Assembly (NCBI GenBank): GCA_964291285.2
Contig: OZ219787.1
Coordinates: 736,001 to 800,000 of the forward strand
Source: Alphaproteobacteria bacterium
GTDB taxonomy: Bacteria; Pseudomonadota; Alphaproteobacteria; Bin95
Direction of reading: 5' to 3'
DNA length: 64,000 nt
Every line of letters begins with the position of its first letter. The stretch's first letter is position 1. Positions 38,508 through 47,975 of this stretch are shown piece by piece. Below the pieces are notes generated by a model. That model was given only the letters and a program-made list of their open reading frames with translations, did not search any database and was not told where the DNA came from. The position numbers were made by a program, and so were the translations under genes.

Positions 38508-39386
38508 ATGGCTGACACGAAACGCATCTCCGAGCTCACGGAGACCATGCCGGCCGAGGCCTCCACCAACCCGCCGCACGACGAGACGAAGAACCGGAAA
38601 GCCTTCAACACCGTCTCGCTCGGCGCCTGGCTCGACGTCTGCAAGGCGGCCGGCGTCGATACCGTCCCGGCAACCGAGATCGGCCGGATCGAGATCGAGA
38701 ACCTCATCGTCGCCCTCGACGACCCGGAAAGCACCGAAGAGACCGACGCCACCAGGGCGCTCAAAGCCTTCTGGGCGAAGATCGAGACCGCCAAGAAGCC
38801 CGGCACCATGATCCGCTGGGACTGCTGCACCTGCGCCGAGGTGAAGCACCGCCTCGACACCGGCAGGCCCGAGTGGCACCAGGATCTGCTCGACTGCTTC
38901 TATATCGACGACTTCCGCGCGACCGATATCATCTTCGAGTATCCCGACACCGTCATCGCGGCATGGTCGAGACCGTGGATGCGGGCGCGCCTCGTGGACG
39001 GCTACCCGGTCGAATATCGCGTCTTCGTCGAAGCCGACGAGTTCATCGGCGTCAGCAGCTACTATCCGCAACGGCCGCTGCCGGACAGCCCCGCGGTGCG
39101 CGAGGACGTGGCCGCATGTCTTGCTGAAACCTCCAAGCTGATCGCCGCCCTTCCGACGCCCCTCGAATATCCGGGGTGGCCCGAACGGCCCCTGTCTCCC
39201 GACAGCAGGAGCTTCACCGCGGACTTCATGCGCCTGGAGGACGGGCGCTTCCTCTACCTCGAAGGCGGACCGCCCTTCGGCGCCGGCGCGCATCCCTGCT
39301 GCTTCGAGCATTTCGACAAGTGGGCCGACGCCGCCGCATTCCACCTTTCCGGCGTCCCCGTCGCACTGAAGAGAGCCCCATCATGA
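38508..39386 (+). CDS. Putative ATP-grasp (R2K-like) protein
   Basis: EYRVFV...GVSSYY and FTADF......LYLEGGP pattern. Confidence 0.5.
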   Translation: MADTKRISELTETMPAEASTNPPHDETKNRKAFNTVSLGAWLDVCKAAGVDTVPATEIGRIEIENLIVALDDPESTEETDATRALKAFWAKIETAKKPGTMIRWDCCTCAEVKHRLDTGRPEWHQDLLDCFYIDDFRATDIIFEYPDTVIAAWSRPWMRARLVDGYPVEYRVFVEADEFIGVSSYYPQRPLPDSPAVREDVAACLAETSKLIAALPTPLEYPGWPERPLSPDSRSFTADFMRLEDGRFLYLEGGPPFGAGAHPCCFEHFDKWADAAAFHLSGVPVALKRAPS

Positions 39387-39763
39387 ACGCCGGCGCCCCG
39401 GCCGCGGCATCCACAGCCGCCAGGTGCAGCAGCACAGATTCCAACGCCGCCGCGACCGCCCTCGATACGCTCACCAGGGACCAGCTGCTGGACGTCCTCG
39501 AAACCGTCCCGCAAAGCTATTGGCCCCCGCGCCCGACACGGCAGGACAAGGCGGAACTGAAAGCCCGCATCTTCCAGGCCCTCCAGTCCCGGAAGTCCGC
39601 TCAAATCGCACGGGCCATCTTCCAGGCTGCCCGCCTGCACGACTGGCAAGACGAAGTGCGCAACTCGCACAGCTGGCTCCAGCGTTGCACGCGCTGCGGA
39701 GCAACGCGCGAGAAGCACCGCCAACATCGCCGCGACATCTGGCCCGTCTGGACCTACCGCTGA
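39383..39763 (+). CDS. Hypothetical protein with C-terminal CxxC
   Basis: ATGA overlap; HDW...RCTRCG. Confidence 0.6.
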   Translation: MNAGAPAAASTAARCSSTDSNAAATALDTLTRDQLLDVLETVPQSYWPPRPTRQDKAELKARIFQALQSRKSAQIARAIFQAARLHDWQDEVRNSHSWLQRCTRCGATREKHRQHRRDIWPVWTYR

Positions 39764-39891
39764 CCGGACCTCCGGACCGCCGCGCCTGCCGGCGAGGGAC
39801 CCGGAGGAGAAGGAAAGCCTCCCCGGCTCGAACCGGTCCGAAAGAGAGATCCGCTCCGGACCCTCAACATCCTGCACAGGGAACCAGAGGC

Positions 39892-40134
39892 ATGCCTTCC
39901 ACCAAGCCACGCCGCCGGCGCGCAAAACGGCGCCAGGTCAAGCCGGCGCCTGTCCGTTCCTTCGACAACCGCCCGAAGGCGGAGGAGACCGCCAGCTCAC
40001 TTTCCGCGCCTATCATCTACGCCGACCACAGCGGACCCAAAGGCGAACGCCGCTGGAAGATCGAGGCCGCTACCGGGCTCAAGTCCTGCTCGCGGGTCAG
40101 AGGATGGTTGCGCACGGACGGCAAAATCGTTTGA
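39892..40134 (+). CDS. Small basic hypothetical protein
   Basis: CAGGGAACC/GAGG upstream of ATG. Confidence 0.5.
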   Translation: MPSTKPRRRRAKRRQVKPAPVRSFDNRPKAEETASSLSAPIIYADHSGPKGERRWKIEAATGLKSCSRVRGWLRTDGKIV

Positions 40135-40190
40135 GCCGCGCCAACCTCACACGGACCGCCCGATCCCCTCCTCGCACAGGGAGCACACCC

Positions 40191-40424
40191 ATGCCCCGCA
40201 AGCCCACCGACTCCGGCACTCCTCCCGCCAGGAAACACCTCGACCGGGCCCGCCGCATGGGCCGTGCCGCCTTCCGGAACGGCAACTGGCGCGGGAACCT
40301 GGTCGCCCGCCTTTGCCACCCCGCCACCGCGCAGGCCTACGAGAACGGATATGACACCGCCCGCGTCAAGGCCGCCCTGCGCTACCCCGGAACCAGTTCC
40401 GGATACACCGGAGGCTGGTTCTGA
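40191..40424 (+). CDS. Small hypothetical protein
   Basis: SD GGGAG; GR.AF..G...AY..GY. Confidence 0.55.
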   Translation: MPRKPTDSGTPPARKHLDRARRMGRAAFRNGNWRGNLVARLCHPATAQAYENGYDTARVKAALRYPGTSSGYTGGWF

Positions 40425-40551
40425 ATACGTCTCTCCCGTGCCAGCACCCGACGGCCCGAAAGGAGAAAGGAAAGCCTCATGGCCGTGAACCTGCGTGAGC
40501 CGGGTCACCGGCTTCGCGTTCTTGAAACTTCGGTCGAAGAGGAATAGATCG

Positions 40552-40908
40552 ATGGCTGTCATGGAATCCCAAGGCCTCATTTCCTGGACGATGGCCCACC
40601 CCGATGCGGCCACGGCCCTGGCCACCATGGCCCTCGTTGCAGTGGGCCTTTTCATCGGCGCCGGCCAGATCGGCATCGTCTTCTACGGCATCAGGAAAAT
40701 GACTGACGGCAATGCCGCGCGGACCGCGCAGCACAAGGAAGTCATGGAAACCGAAGCCAACCGGCACACCGAGACCATGGAAGCCGAAACCAGACGGCAC
40801 ACCGAAGCCATGGACGCCGAGAGAAACAGGCACCAGGAGGCGATGAAGGCCCTCAACGCCCTCATCCGGAACTCCGGACGTCGAAACCGGCCGATCCCGG
40901 CGAGGTAA
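40552..40908 (+). CDS. Membrane-anchored protein with 11-aa RH.E.M repeats
   Basis: TM helix, then QHKEVM/RHTETM/RHTEAM/RHQEAMKALNALI. Confidence 0.65.
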   Translation: MAVMESQGLISWTMAHPDAATALATMALVAVGLFIGAGQIGIVFYGIRKMTDGNAARTAQHKEVMETEANRHTETMEAETRRHTEAMDAERNRHQEAMKALNALIRNSGRRNRPIPAR

Positions 40909-41012
40909 ACCGCCGGCGTCGCGGCGCCTTTCCATACCGCATCACTCTCCGAACACGGGCCCTGCAGCAGCAGCGGCCCGTTTTTCGTGTCCGCTCCCCA
41001 GGGAGATCCGTC

Positions 41013-41996
41013 ATGCACGCCCAAACCTCCCCCGCATCCGAGATCGCCGCCGCCCTGGCCGCCCAGGCCGAGGCCGTCTGCCGGCATTACCTTCCCGCCG
41101 GCGAGCGCCAGGGCCGCTACTGGATCGCAGGCGACGTCCACGGCGCCCGCGGCAAGTCCCTGTTCGTCCGCCTACACGGCCCCCGGTCCGGCAAATGGAA
41201 CGACGGCGCCACGGGCGACCACGGCGACCTCCTGGACCTCATCAAGCACCGGACCCGGTCCGAGACGCTACGGGAGACCCTGGCCGAGGCGCGCTCGTTT
41301 CTCGCCACGCCCGCTCCCAGCCGCCGGTCCGCTCCGGAACTCGTCGACAAGGACCCCTCCGCCGCCATCGAGCGCCTGTGGCGAGCCTGCCGGCCGATCG
41401 GCGGCACCCACGCAGAGGCATACCTCCACGCACGCGGTATCCGGCGCTGCCGCTTCCCCTCGCTCCGCTTCCATCCGAAGCTCCGCTACCAGGACGAGAA
41501 CTTCACCGGCGCATTCCCCGCCCTCGTGGCCGCAGCAACCGACGCACGCGGCGAGCTCACCGGCCTGCTGCGCACCTGGCTCGATCCGAAAGAGCCGACC
41601 AAGGCGCCGGTCCAGCACCCGCGCAAGGCGCTGGGACGCCTCTTCGGCTCCGCCGTGCGTTTCCCTCCGCGGAGCCCGCGTTCCACGCTCGTGGTCGGGG
41701 AAGGCCTGGAAACCGTTCTCTCCATCATCACGGCCTACCCGGGCGCAGCCGGCGCAGCCGCTCTTTCCGCCGCTGGCGTCGGATCGTTCTCGGCCTCGGC
41801 CGCCAGGCGCGTTGCCATCGCACGCGACAATGACCCCGACGGCATCCAGGCTGCTGACCGCCTGGCCGAGCGCTGCGAGAAAGCCGGCATCGTCTGCCGC
41901 GTTCTCATCCCCCGCGGCAACGACTTCAACGACGACCTGACCGACTACGGGATCCCGTCCCTTCGCTGGCACCTCGGCTCGCCCTGGTCGCGCTGA
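41013..41996 (+). CDS. DUF7146/Toprim primase-like protein (second paralog)
   Basis: AEAVCRHYLPAG, GDLLDLI, RTWLD, GEGLET, DFNDDL. Confidence 0.85.
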   Translation: MHAQTSPASEIAAALAAQAEAVCRHYLPAGERQGRYWIAGDVHGARGKSLFVRLHGPRSGKWNDGATGDHGDLLDLIKHRTRSETLRETLAEARSFLATPAPSRRSAPELVDKDPSAAIERLWRACRPIGGTHAEAYLHARGIRRCRFPSLRFHPKLRYQDENFTGAFPALVAAATDARGELTGLLRTWLDPKEPTKAPVQHPRKALGRLFGSAVRFPPRSPRSTLVVGEGLETVLSIITAYPGAAGAAALSAAGVGSFSASAARRVAIARDNDPDGIQAADRLAERCEKAGIVCRVLIPRGNDFNDDLTDYGIPSLRWHLGSPWSR

Positions 41997-42110
41997 CCCG
42001 CCGGGCCAACCGCGCACTCCGCAACAAGTCCAGAAAAGGCGTTTCCAAGCGGCCCGCGGCATTCGGGGGCCGCACGCCTTCCCTCTCATACTCCCTCCGC
42101 GAGGCCCTTC

Positions 42111-43136
42111 ATGCTCGATCCCGTCAACGTCTCCGCCGACTACTCGCTGAAGCCCAGCGAGCTCGCCGATACGCTCTCGCTCCTGGTCGAAGCCAGGGAA
42201 CCCTGCATGGTCTGGGGCCAGCCCGGAATCGGCAAGTCCGACATCGCCGATGCCGTCGCCACCGCCACCGGCCGCCAGTATATCGATGTCCGCGCCCTTC
42301 TCCTCGATCCCGTCGACCTGCGCGGCATTCCCTGGCGCGACAAGGACGACCGGACGCGCTGGGCCTCGCCCGAGTTCCTGCCGCCCTCCAACGATCCCGG
42401 CCGCTTCCTCATCAATCTCGAGGAGCTGCCCTCCGCCGTGCCGATGGTCCAGGCTGCCCTTTACCAGCTCGTCCTCAACCGCCGCATCGGCGAGTACGAG
42501 CTGCCCCCGGGCGCATCCCTCATCGCCTGCGGCAACCGCGAGAACGACCGCGGCGTCGTCCACCGCATGGTGGCACCGCTCGCCTCGCGCTTCGTCCACC
42601 TCGAGCTCAAGTCCGATCACCAGGACTGGTGCGCATGGGCCGTCGACGCCGGCGTCGCCCCCGAGGTGATCTTCTTCATCTCCTGCCGCCCGGAACTCCT
42701 CAACGACTTCGATCCGACGTCCAGGGAGAAGGCCTTCGCCTGTCCCCGGACCTGGCACAAGGTCTCCAACATCATCAACGAACGCGCCGACCTTGCGCCC
42801 AATATCGAGCGCGCCCTCTTCCGCGGCGCCGTCGGGGAAAGCCCCGCCGTTGTCTTCTCCGCCTTCCTGAAGATCTGGCGCGAGATCCCGCACCCCGCCG
42901 ACGTCATCGCCGACCCCGAGAACGCCGATGTCCCCACCGAAGCCGATGTCCTCGTCTCCCTCTGCGGCGCCCTCTTCAACATGGCCGACGACACCAACTT
43001 CGACGCGATCGTCACCTACGCGATACGGATCCGCCGCGAGATCGGCGAGTTCCTGGTCACCATGTGCCTCAAACGCGACCCGGAGCTTCAGAAGACCAAG
43101 GGCTTCATCCACTGGGCCTCGCACCGCACCCGGTAA
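42111..43136 (+). CDS. MoxR-like AAA+ ATPase
   Basis: GQPGIGKS, DLRGIP, INLEEL, ACGNR, PL.SRF, CPRTW. Confidence 0.88.
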   Translation: MLDPVNVSADYSLKPSELADTLSLLVEAREPCMVWGQPGIGKSDIADAVATATGRQYIDVRALLLDPVDLRGIPWRDKDDRTRWASPEFLPPSNDPGRFLINLEELPSAVPMVQAALYQLVLNRRIGEYELPPGASLIACGNRENDRGVVHRMVAPLASRFVHLELKSDHQDWCAWAVDAGVAPEVIFFISCRPELLNDFDPTSREKAFACPRTWHKVSNIINERADLAPNIERALFRGAVGESPAVVFSAFLKIWREIPHPADVIADPENADVPTEADVLVSLCGALFNMADDTNFDAIVTYAIRIRREIGEFLVTMCLKRDPELQKTKGFIHWASHRTR

Positions 43137-43225
43137 CCCCACATTCAAGCCCTGACCGCCTTCCCGCTGCCACGACCGCAGCAATCCAGACACCGCTCCT
43201 TTCTCCATCTTCCGGGAGACACTTC

Positions 43226-44125
43226 ATGGACCTCACCCGCGACGCCATGCTCGTCAGCCTGCGCATCAACAACTGGTCCGGACGCCGCTACGACCGCGAG
43301 GCCAGCGACGACGTTGCCGTGCGCAACGACGCCGACCCGAGCGCCGGCCGCTACAACAAGCGCCTCCTGCGCAAGGAGGCCTTCGCCGCCATGACCAAAA
43401 CCATGAGCAAGGCCCGGTCCCTGCACTACGAGAACACGCTTCCCTGGGACGACGCCGGATCGCGCCTCCTGACCACCGCCAACTACGACCACTACACCGC
43501 AACCATCGACGAGCTCGCCGAGCAGCTGGTCACCGAGCGCAACTCGTTCATCCACGACTACGACGCCAATATCGCCCAGGCCCGCATCGGACTCGGCGGC
43601 CTCTTCCGGACCGAGGACTACCCGGCCAAGGATTCGCTGCGCCACCGCTTCGCGATCAAGTACCGGATCGTTCCCGTCCCCAATCCTCAGCATTTCCTGG
43701 CGGACCTCACCGCCGGCGATGCGGACCGCATCAAGCGCGATATCGAAGCCCTCGTCCAGGAGCGCCTCCAGGACGCCATCACCGACCTCTACAAGCGCCT
43801 CGGCGAGGCCGTCGACCACGTCGTCAAGCGCCTCGATGTCGATGCCAAAGGAAAGCCGCTCGTCTTCAGGAACAGCCTCATCGGCAATATCCGCGACCTG
43901 GTCGACATCGTGCCCCGCCTGAACATCTTCGGCGACGAACGCCTCGCCCAGCTCTGCCAGCAGGTGAAGGACCGCATCGCCAGCGTCGATCCCGACGAGC
44001 TCCGGCCCTCGGGCTCCTTCAATCCCATAACCCGCGAGCGCGTCAGACGCGATGCCGAGGACCTCGCCGCCAAGTTCGCCGGCTACTTCGCCCCGCCCGG
44101 CGCCGCCCTCAAGGAAGCCGCCTGA
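43226..44125 (+). CDS. DUF3150-like protein
   Basis: AMLVSL.I..WSG...D, K.L, TLPW...G.RLL, DYP; typical position between AAA and vWA genes. Confidence 0.65.
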   Translation: MDLTRDAMLVSLRINNWSGRRYDREASDDVAVRNDADPSAGRYNKRLLRKEAFAAMTKTMSKARSLHYENTLPWDDAGSRLLTTANYDHYTATIDELAEQLVTERNSFIHDYDANIAQARIGLGGLFRTEDYPAKDSLRHRFAIKYRIVPVPNPQHFLADLTAGDADRIKRDIEALVQERLQDAITDLYKRLGEAVDHVVKRLDVDAKGKPLVFRNSLIGNIRDLVDIVPRLNIFGDERLAQLCQQVKDRIASVDPDELRPSGSFNPITRERVRRDAEDLAAKFAGYFAPPGAALKEAA

Positions 44126-45447
44126 TGACCTCCCGCGCCATCAAGGACGCCGGGATGCGCCTCAGCAGGTGCGTCACGGCCCTCCTCCAGGACCAGCCCT
44201 TCTTCGGCAACCTCACGCTGCGCCTGCCGCTCCGGCCCGATTTCGACCGGCAGACGATCGCCAGCGACGGCCACGAAATCCGCTTCTCCCCGGCATGGGT
44301 GATCGACACCGAAGCCGACCTGCTCAAGACCGCGCTTGCCCGCATCGTCACCGCCTGCGCGCTCAAGCACCACACCCGCCGGCGCGACCGCGATCCCCAG
44401 ATCTGGCAGCTCGCCTCGCAGCTCGTCACCCATCCCATTCTTGCAGACGCGGGCTTCATCCTTCCCGAAGGCGCCGAGTGCTGGCCCGACTGCAGCGTCG
44501 AGGAAGCCTATGACAGGCTGATCGACGACGGCCCCGGCAACCCGGACCCCAACGCCGATCCCGACAGCCGGCAACCCACCGCCAGCACCGCCGGCGCCGT
44601 ACCCTCCCAGGCCGGTCCGGACGCCGACCCCGACACCGATAGTTCGTCGGACCCCGGCTCCAACGACGAGCAGGCCGAGACTGACAACCAGAACCCGGCT
44701 TCCTCACCACACAACTCCAGCTTCGACCCCTCCGGCACCGGCGAGGTCCTCGACGCCGACATGCGCGCAGCCCCCTCCGACAGGCCGCTCGACCCCGTCA
44801 TCGAAGAGCAGACCTGGGACGAGGCCATGCACAATGCCGCCCAGATCGCCCGAGCCCAGAGCAACCTTCCCGGCCTCGTGCAGCAGACCGTCGACGATGC
44901 CCACCGCAGCACCCTCGACTGGCGCTCGCTCCTTCACCGCTACCTCACCGACGCCTCCAGGTCCGACTATTCCTGGAGCGCACCCAACCGCCGCTTCATC
45001 GACAGCGGCCTCTACCTGCCGTCCATCCGCAGCGAGGGCATCGCCGAGCTTGCCATCATCATCGACACCTCCGCTTCCCTGCCGGCAGCCGTCCTTGACG
45101 AATTCTGGGGCGAAATCCGCGAGATCGCGACCGACATCCGTCCCGCTACGCTCATCCTCCTCCAGGTCGACGCCGTCCTCCAGGACGCCTCGGAATACGC
45201 CGCCTTCGAGCTTCCCGACAGCATCGCCCTGAAGGGCCGCGGCGGCACGGACTTCCGCCCGGGCTTCACCTGGCTCGCAGAACACGGCCGCCAGCCGAGC
45301 TGCTGCATCTACCTCACCGACATGGAGTGCGACAGCTACCCGGACGCCAAGCCGCTCTTCCCTGTCGTGTGGTGCAACTACGGCCCGGTCCCCGGACCCC
45401 AATTCACGGAGCCCTGGGGCGAGCGCATCGACATGCGCTCCGGCTGA
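44125..45447 (+). CDS. DUF2201 metallopeptidase-like + vWA protein (peptidase motif degenerate)
   Basis: PFFG.L, W..PNRR, YLP, IDTSAS MIDAS, GRGGTDFRP, YLTD. Confidence 0.85.
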   Translation: MTSRAIKDAGMRLSRCVTALLQDQPFFGNLTLRLPLRPDFDRQTIASDGHEIRFSPAWVIDTEADLLKTALARIVTACALKHHTRRRDRDPQIWQLASQLVTHPILADAGFILPEGAECWPDCSVEEAYDRLIDDGPGNPDPNADPDSRQPTASTAGAVPSQAGPDADPDTDSSSDPGSNDEQAETDNQNPASSPHNSSFDPSGTGEVLDADMRAAPSDRPLDPVIEEQTWDEAMHNAAQIARAQSNLPGLVQQTVDDAHRSTLDWRSLLHRYLTDASRSDYSWSAPNRRFIDSGLYLPSIRSEGIAELAIIIDTSASLPAAVLDEFWGEIREIATDIRPATLILLQVDAVLQDASEYAAFELPDSIALKGRGGTDFRPGFTWLAEHGRQPSCCIYLTDMECDSYPDAKPLFPVVWCNYGPVPGPQFTEPWGERIDMRSG

Positions 45448-45685
45448 CCGCCCAGACAAACCGACCCGGGCCTCTGAGTCCCTCTATCCATCGGAAGACG
45501 AGAAAAGCCGTCTTCTCGCGAATCACTTCAAGCCCGATGCCCCGTAACGCGGCTCCCATGTCCTGCACTCTCTAGCCCGAACGAAATCGCATATGCGAAA
45601 CTATCAGGCCATGGGACGGGGACAGGTCCAGGCGCCTGCAAACGCGCAGCGGGTCGCCACCAACTTCCCGACAGGAGGTACCAAC

Positions 45686-46024
45686 ATGAGCAGCGATGCC
45701 ACCCAAGACGGCCGCCCGCCCTGGGCTCCCCGCCCAGTCTCGATCCTGCCCGACATCATCTGGATTCGCGAGCGACCCGACGACTATCTGGTCGACGACG
45801 AACACCTGATCGTCACGTATGAGCCCATGTCCGGCAATCCGGACCAGTTTGTCCGGAAGTCCAGGACGGACCCGCTGGCCACGGCCCTTCAGGAGATCCT
45901 GGACACGGGTGATGCTTCCCTCGCCGGCACCGACCTTTGGCAGCGCTGCCGCACTGCCCTGGACGAGTACCGACAGGCAGAAGCAGCTCGCCGACTTTCG
46001 ACAAGAGGTCCAACGGGTTCCTGA
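45686..46024 (+). CDS. Hypothetical protein
   Basis: Strong SD AGGAGGT. Confidence 0.65.
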   Translation: MSSDATQDGRPPWAPRPVSILPDIIWIRERPDDYLVDDEHLIVTYEPMSGNPDQFVRKSRTDPLATALQEILDTGDASLAGTDLWQRCRTALDEYRQAEAARRLSTRGPTGS

Positions 46025-46186
46025 TCCGCTTTTTTTCGGAACCTCTCCTTCCTCACCAGCAACACGGGCCCCTGCACCGCAGGAGGCCCGTTTTCGCATC
46101 AGTTTCCAACCCTCAATCACTCCGCGGGAGACCAAAGCCTTCCGCGAACGAGCCCACTCGACCCCAGAACCCCGCGAGGTTGTCCC

Positions 46187-46513
46187 ATGCGTACCGAACA
46201 ATCCCCCGTACCCGACCACGTTGCCAACAGCAACGAGCCGGCCCGCCCGCCGGCCGCCTCCGAACACTGCCTCGACATTCACGAATTCGCGCGCGCCAAC
46301 AACGTCGCCATGGTCCCCGACTGCATCGCGCGCGTCCGGAGAAAAATCAACGCCATCGCGCCTGACGCCCCGCGCTACTCCAGGGCCGGCTGCTACTCCA
46401 GATCCGCACTGGACGCCCTTGACCATCTCGAACGCCTGGTCACCGGACTCCTCAAGGGCGAGAAGCCACCGATTCTGGCCGCCCGCCACCCGTCCGAAGG
46501 CACCAGCCCGTAA
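46187..46513 (+). CDS. Hypothetical protein
   Basis: GAGGT SD; TAATG coupling to the next gene. Confidence 0.6.
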   Translation: MRTEQSPVPDHVANSNEPARPPAASEHCLDIHEFARANNVAMVPDCIARVRRKINAIAPDAPRYSRAGCYSRSALDALDHLERLVTGLLKGEKPPILAARHPSEGTSP

Positions 46514-46848
46514 TGACCGGCAACATCGCGCCGCCCCGCGAGGGCGAAGACTCGCCCTGGGGCGTCATCGAGGTCGCCGAGCCGATCGCCGACGGTATCG
46601 TCTGCGTTCACACGCCCTCCCATGGCGGCATATGGCTCTCCGCGGCCCGCCTTGCACAGATGTCCCCGGACGAGCGCTCCAGCGATGGCTGGTACGAAGA
46701 GGACTGCGAGGCCGCCTGGCCCCTCCGGCGCTTCCGCGACGAGGTCCTGCACGCCTTCCCGGCCCACAAGCTCGATCCCTACATCGACGCAAACATCTCG
46801 TTCTCAGGCGGCTCCTTCACCAGCATCACCATGAACAGGAAACCCTGA
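46513..46848 (+). CDS. DUF7007 family protein
   Basis: SPWG, GI..V.TPSHGG..LS, WYEEDC. Confidence 0.75.
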   Translation: MTGNIAPPREGEDSPWGVIEVAEPIADGIVCVHTPSHGGIWLSAARLAQMSPDERSSDGWYEEDCEAAWPLRRFRDEVLHAFPAHKLDPYIDANISFSGGSFTSITMNRKP

Positions 46849-46849
46849 C

Positions 46850-47233
46850 ATGCAGCCACTCACCGAAGAGGACACCGACCGCCAGCTCCTCGACAGCATC
46901 ATCGCCGCCATCGAGGACATGAACTGGACGCACGAAACGCCGCCCGGAGCCATGCGCCGCGTCAATACTATCCTGCACGAACACGAGGACGGTTACCGCG
47001 ACGAAACCCAGTGGAACCGGATTGCGGCCGCCGCCTACCAACGAGCAGAGGAGAAAGCGGAGGAAGACACCCTCGACTACGAGCAACGACCCTGGTTCGT
47101 CTGCTTCGCGCCGCACCAGTGCGCCACGCTGCCGGAAGCGCACGAGAAGGCTGGGCAGATCGCCAGGACGACCGGCCAACCGGAACGCGTCGTCATCTTC
47201 CGCGACACCGTCGACTGGACTACCGGGCCATGA
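46850..47233 (+). CDS. Hypothetical protein
   Basis: Operon-coupled ORF. Confidence 0.6.
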   Translation: MQPLTEEDTDRQLLDSIIAAIEDMNWTHETPPGAMRRVNTILHEHEDGYRDETQWNRIAAAAYQRAEEKAEEDTLDYEQRPWFVCFAPHQCATLPEAHEKAGQIARTTGQPERVVIFRDTVDWTTGP

Positions 47234-47415
47234 CCATGATCGACACCCACAGCGCGTTCCGGTCCGGATTCGCCATCATCCGGCAATCCGCGCCCATGGC
47301 CATCGGCAGGCATGACTGGCGCGTTACGTTCATCCGCCGCGATTACGACTCCCAGCCCCTGGTCGAAGCCGAATACAGGCGCAATGACGGCCGCGAACAC
47401 ACCAGCGTGACGCCC
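47230..47415 (+). pseudogene. Hypothetical gene truncated by an IS1-like end
   Basis: ATGA-coupled start; frame runs into GGTAGTGTCTCAC at 47416 and stops at 47433. Confidence 0.5.
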
Positions 47416-47473
47416 GGTAGTGTCTCACTTTGACTTTACTGGGCGATCACAAGCCAGATGGAGGTTCCCATGG

Positions 47474-47755
47474 CTACTGAATCGTCGGATCGTTACCGAA
47501 CATCTCCTGATGCAGGAGGCTCCCTACGGCTGAAATCAGAAGTTTGCGCATCGTGCGGAGCCGTGCTTTTTCGTCCTCGGACAACGTTGAGGGAAGTGAT
47601 GCTTCGGTCAGGCGTGACAGAAGATCTGCTGCGAGAGTTGCACAGCCACGGATTTGGGCGAGTTCTCGAAGAGCTTGCGCCAACTCGAAGATGAACGCGG
47701 TCTCGGCGGTGCCGTCGTAGGCCATCTCGACGATCTTCCGGGTGTCCTCATCCAC
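47474..47755 (-). CDS. Hypothetical cargo protein
   Basis: GTG start overlapping the upstream gene; lower GC. Confidence 0.55.
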   Translation of the reverse strand: MDEDTRKIVEMAYDGTAETAFIFELAQALRELAQIRGCATLAADLLSRLTEASLPSTLSEDEKARLRTMRKLLISAVGSLLHQEMFGNDPTIQ

Positions 47756-47975
47756 GGTAGGTCTCCCTCGTGTTCCGGTGCCGTCGGCAGCGCGGCTCGC
47801 CGTTCACCGTGTGGGTCGCCCTCGCACCGCAGGGCATCTCGCCATACGGGCCTGGGGCCGTGCAGCGCGGGCCGGGGTCCGGCCGCTGCTCCGGCCTCGG
47901 GGCATTGCGTCCAGCGACCATGCCCAGGAGGCCGAGCAGCACCGCGCCGCCCACGATGACGATGAGGGTTGTCAT
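47748..47975 (-). CDS. Small TM + Cys/His cargo protein
   Basis: ATGA overlap with the transposase stop; N-terminal TM, C..C..C..H. Confidence 0.5.
   Translation of the reverse strand: MTTLIVIVGGAVLLGLLGMVAGRNAPRPEQRPDPGPRCTAPGPYGEMPCGARATHTVNGEPRCRRHRNTRETYRG

Larger units (their letters stand above)
1..47415 (+). mobile_element. Integrated conjugative element/plasmid-derived region (leading/establishment module); left end outside window, right end truncated
   Basis: Co-oriented ParB, RadC, orphan MTase, strawberry-notch helicase, DUF2493, Toprim primases, DUF7007 and serine recombinase; distinct C-rich + strand; no housekeeping genes. Confidence 0.8.

Noticed and set aside
1-47415. Prophage
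   Set aside because: Some genes have phage homologs (DUF5131, MoxR/vWA, SLOG), but there are no capsid, terminase, tail or lysis genes and the content fits a plasmid/ICE backbone
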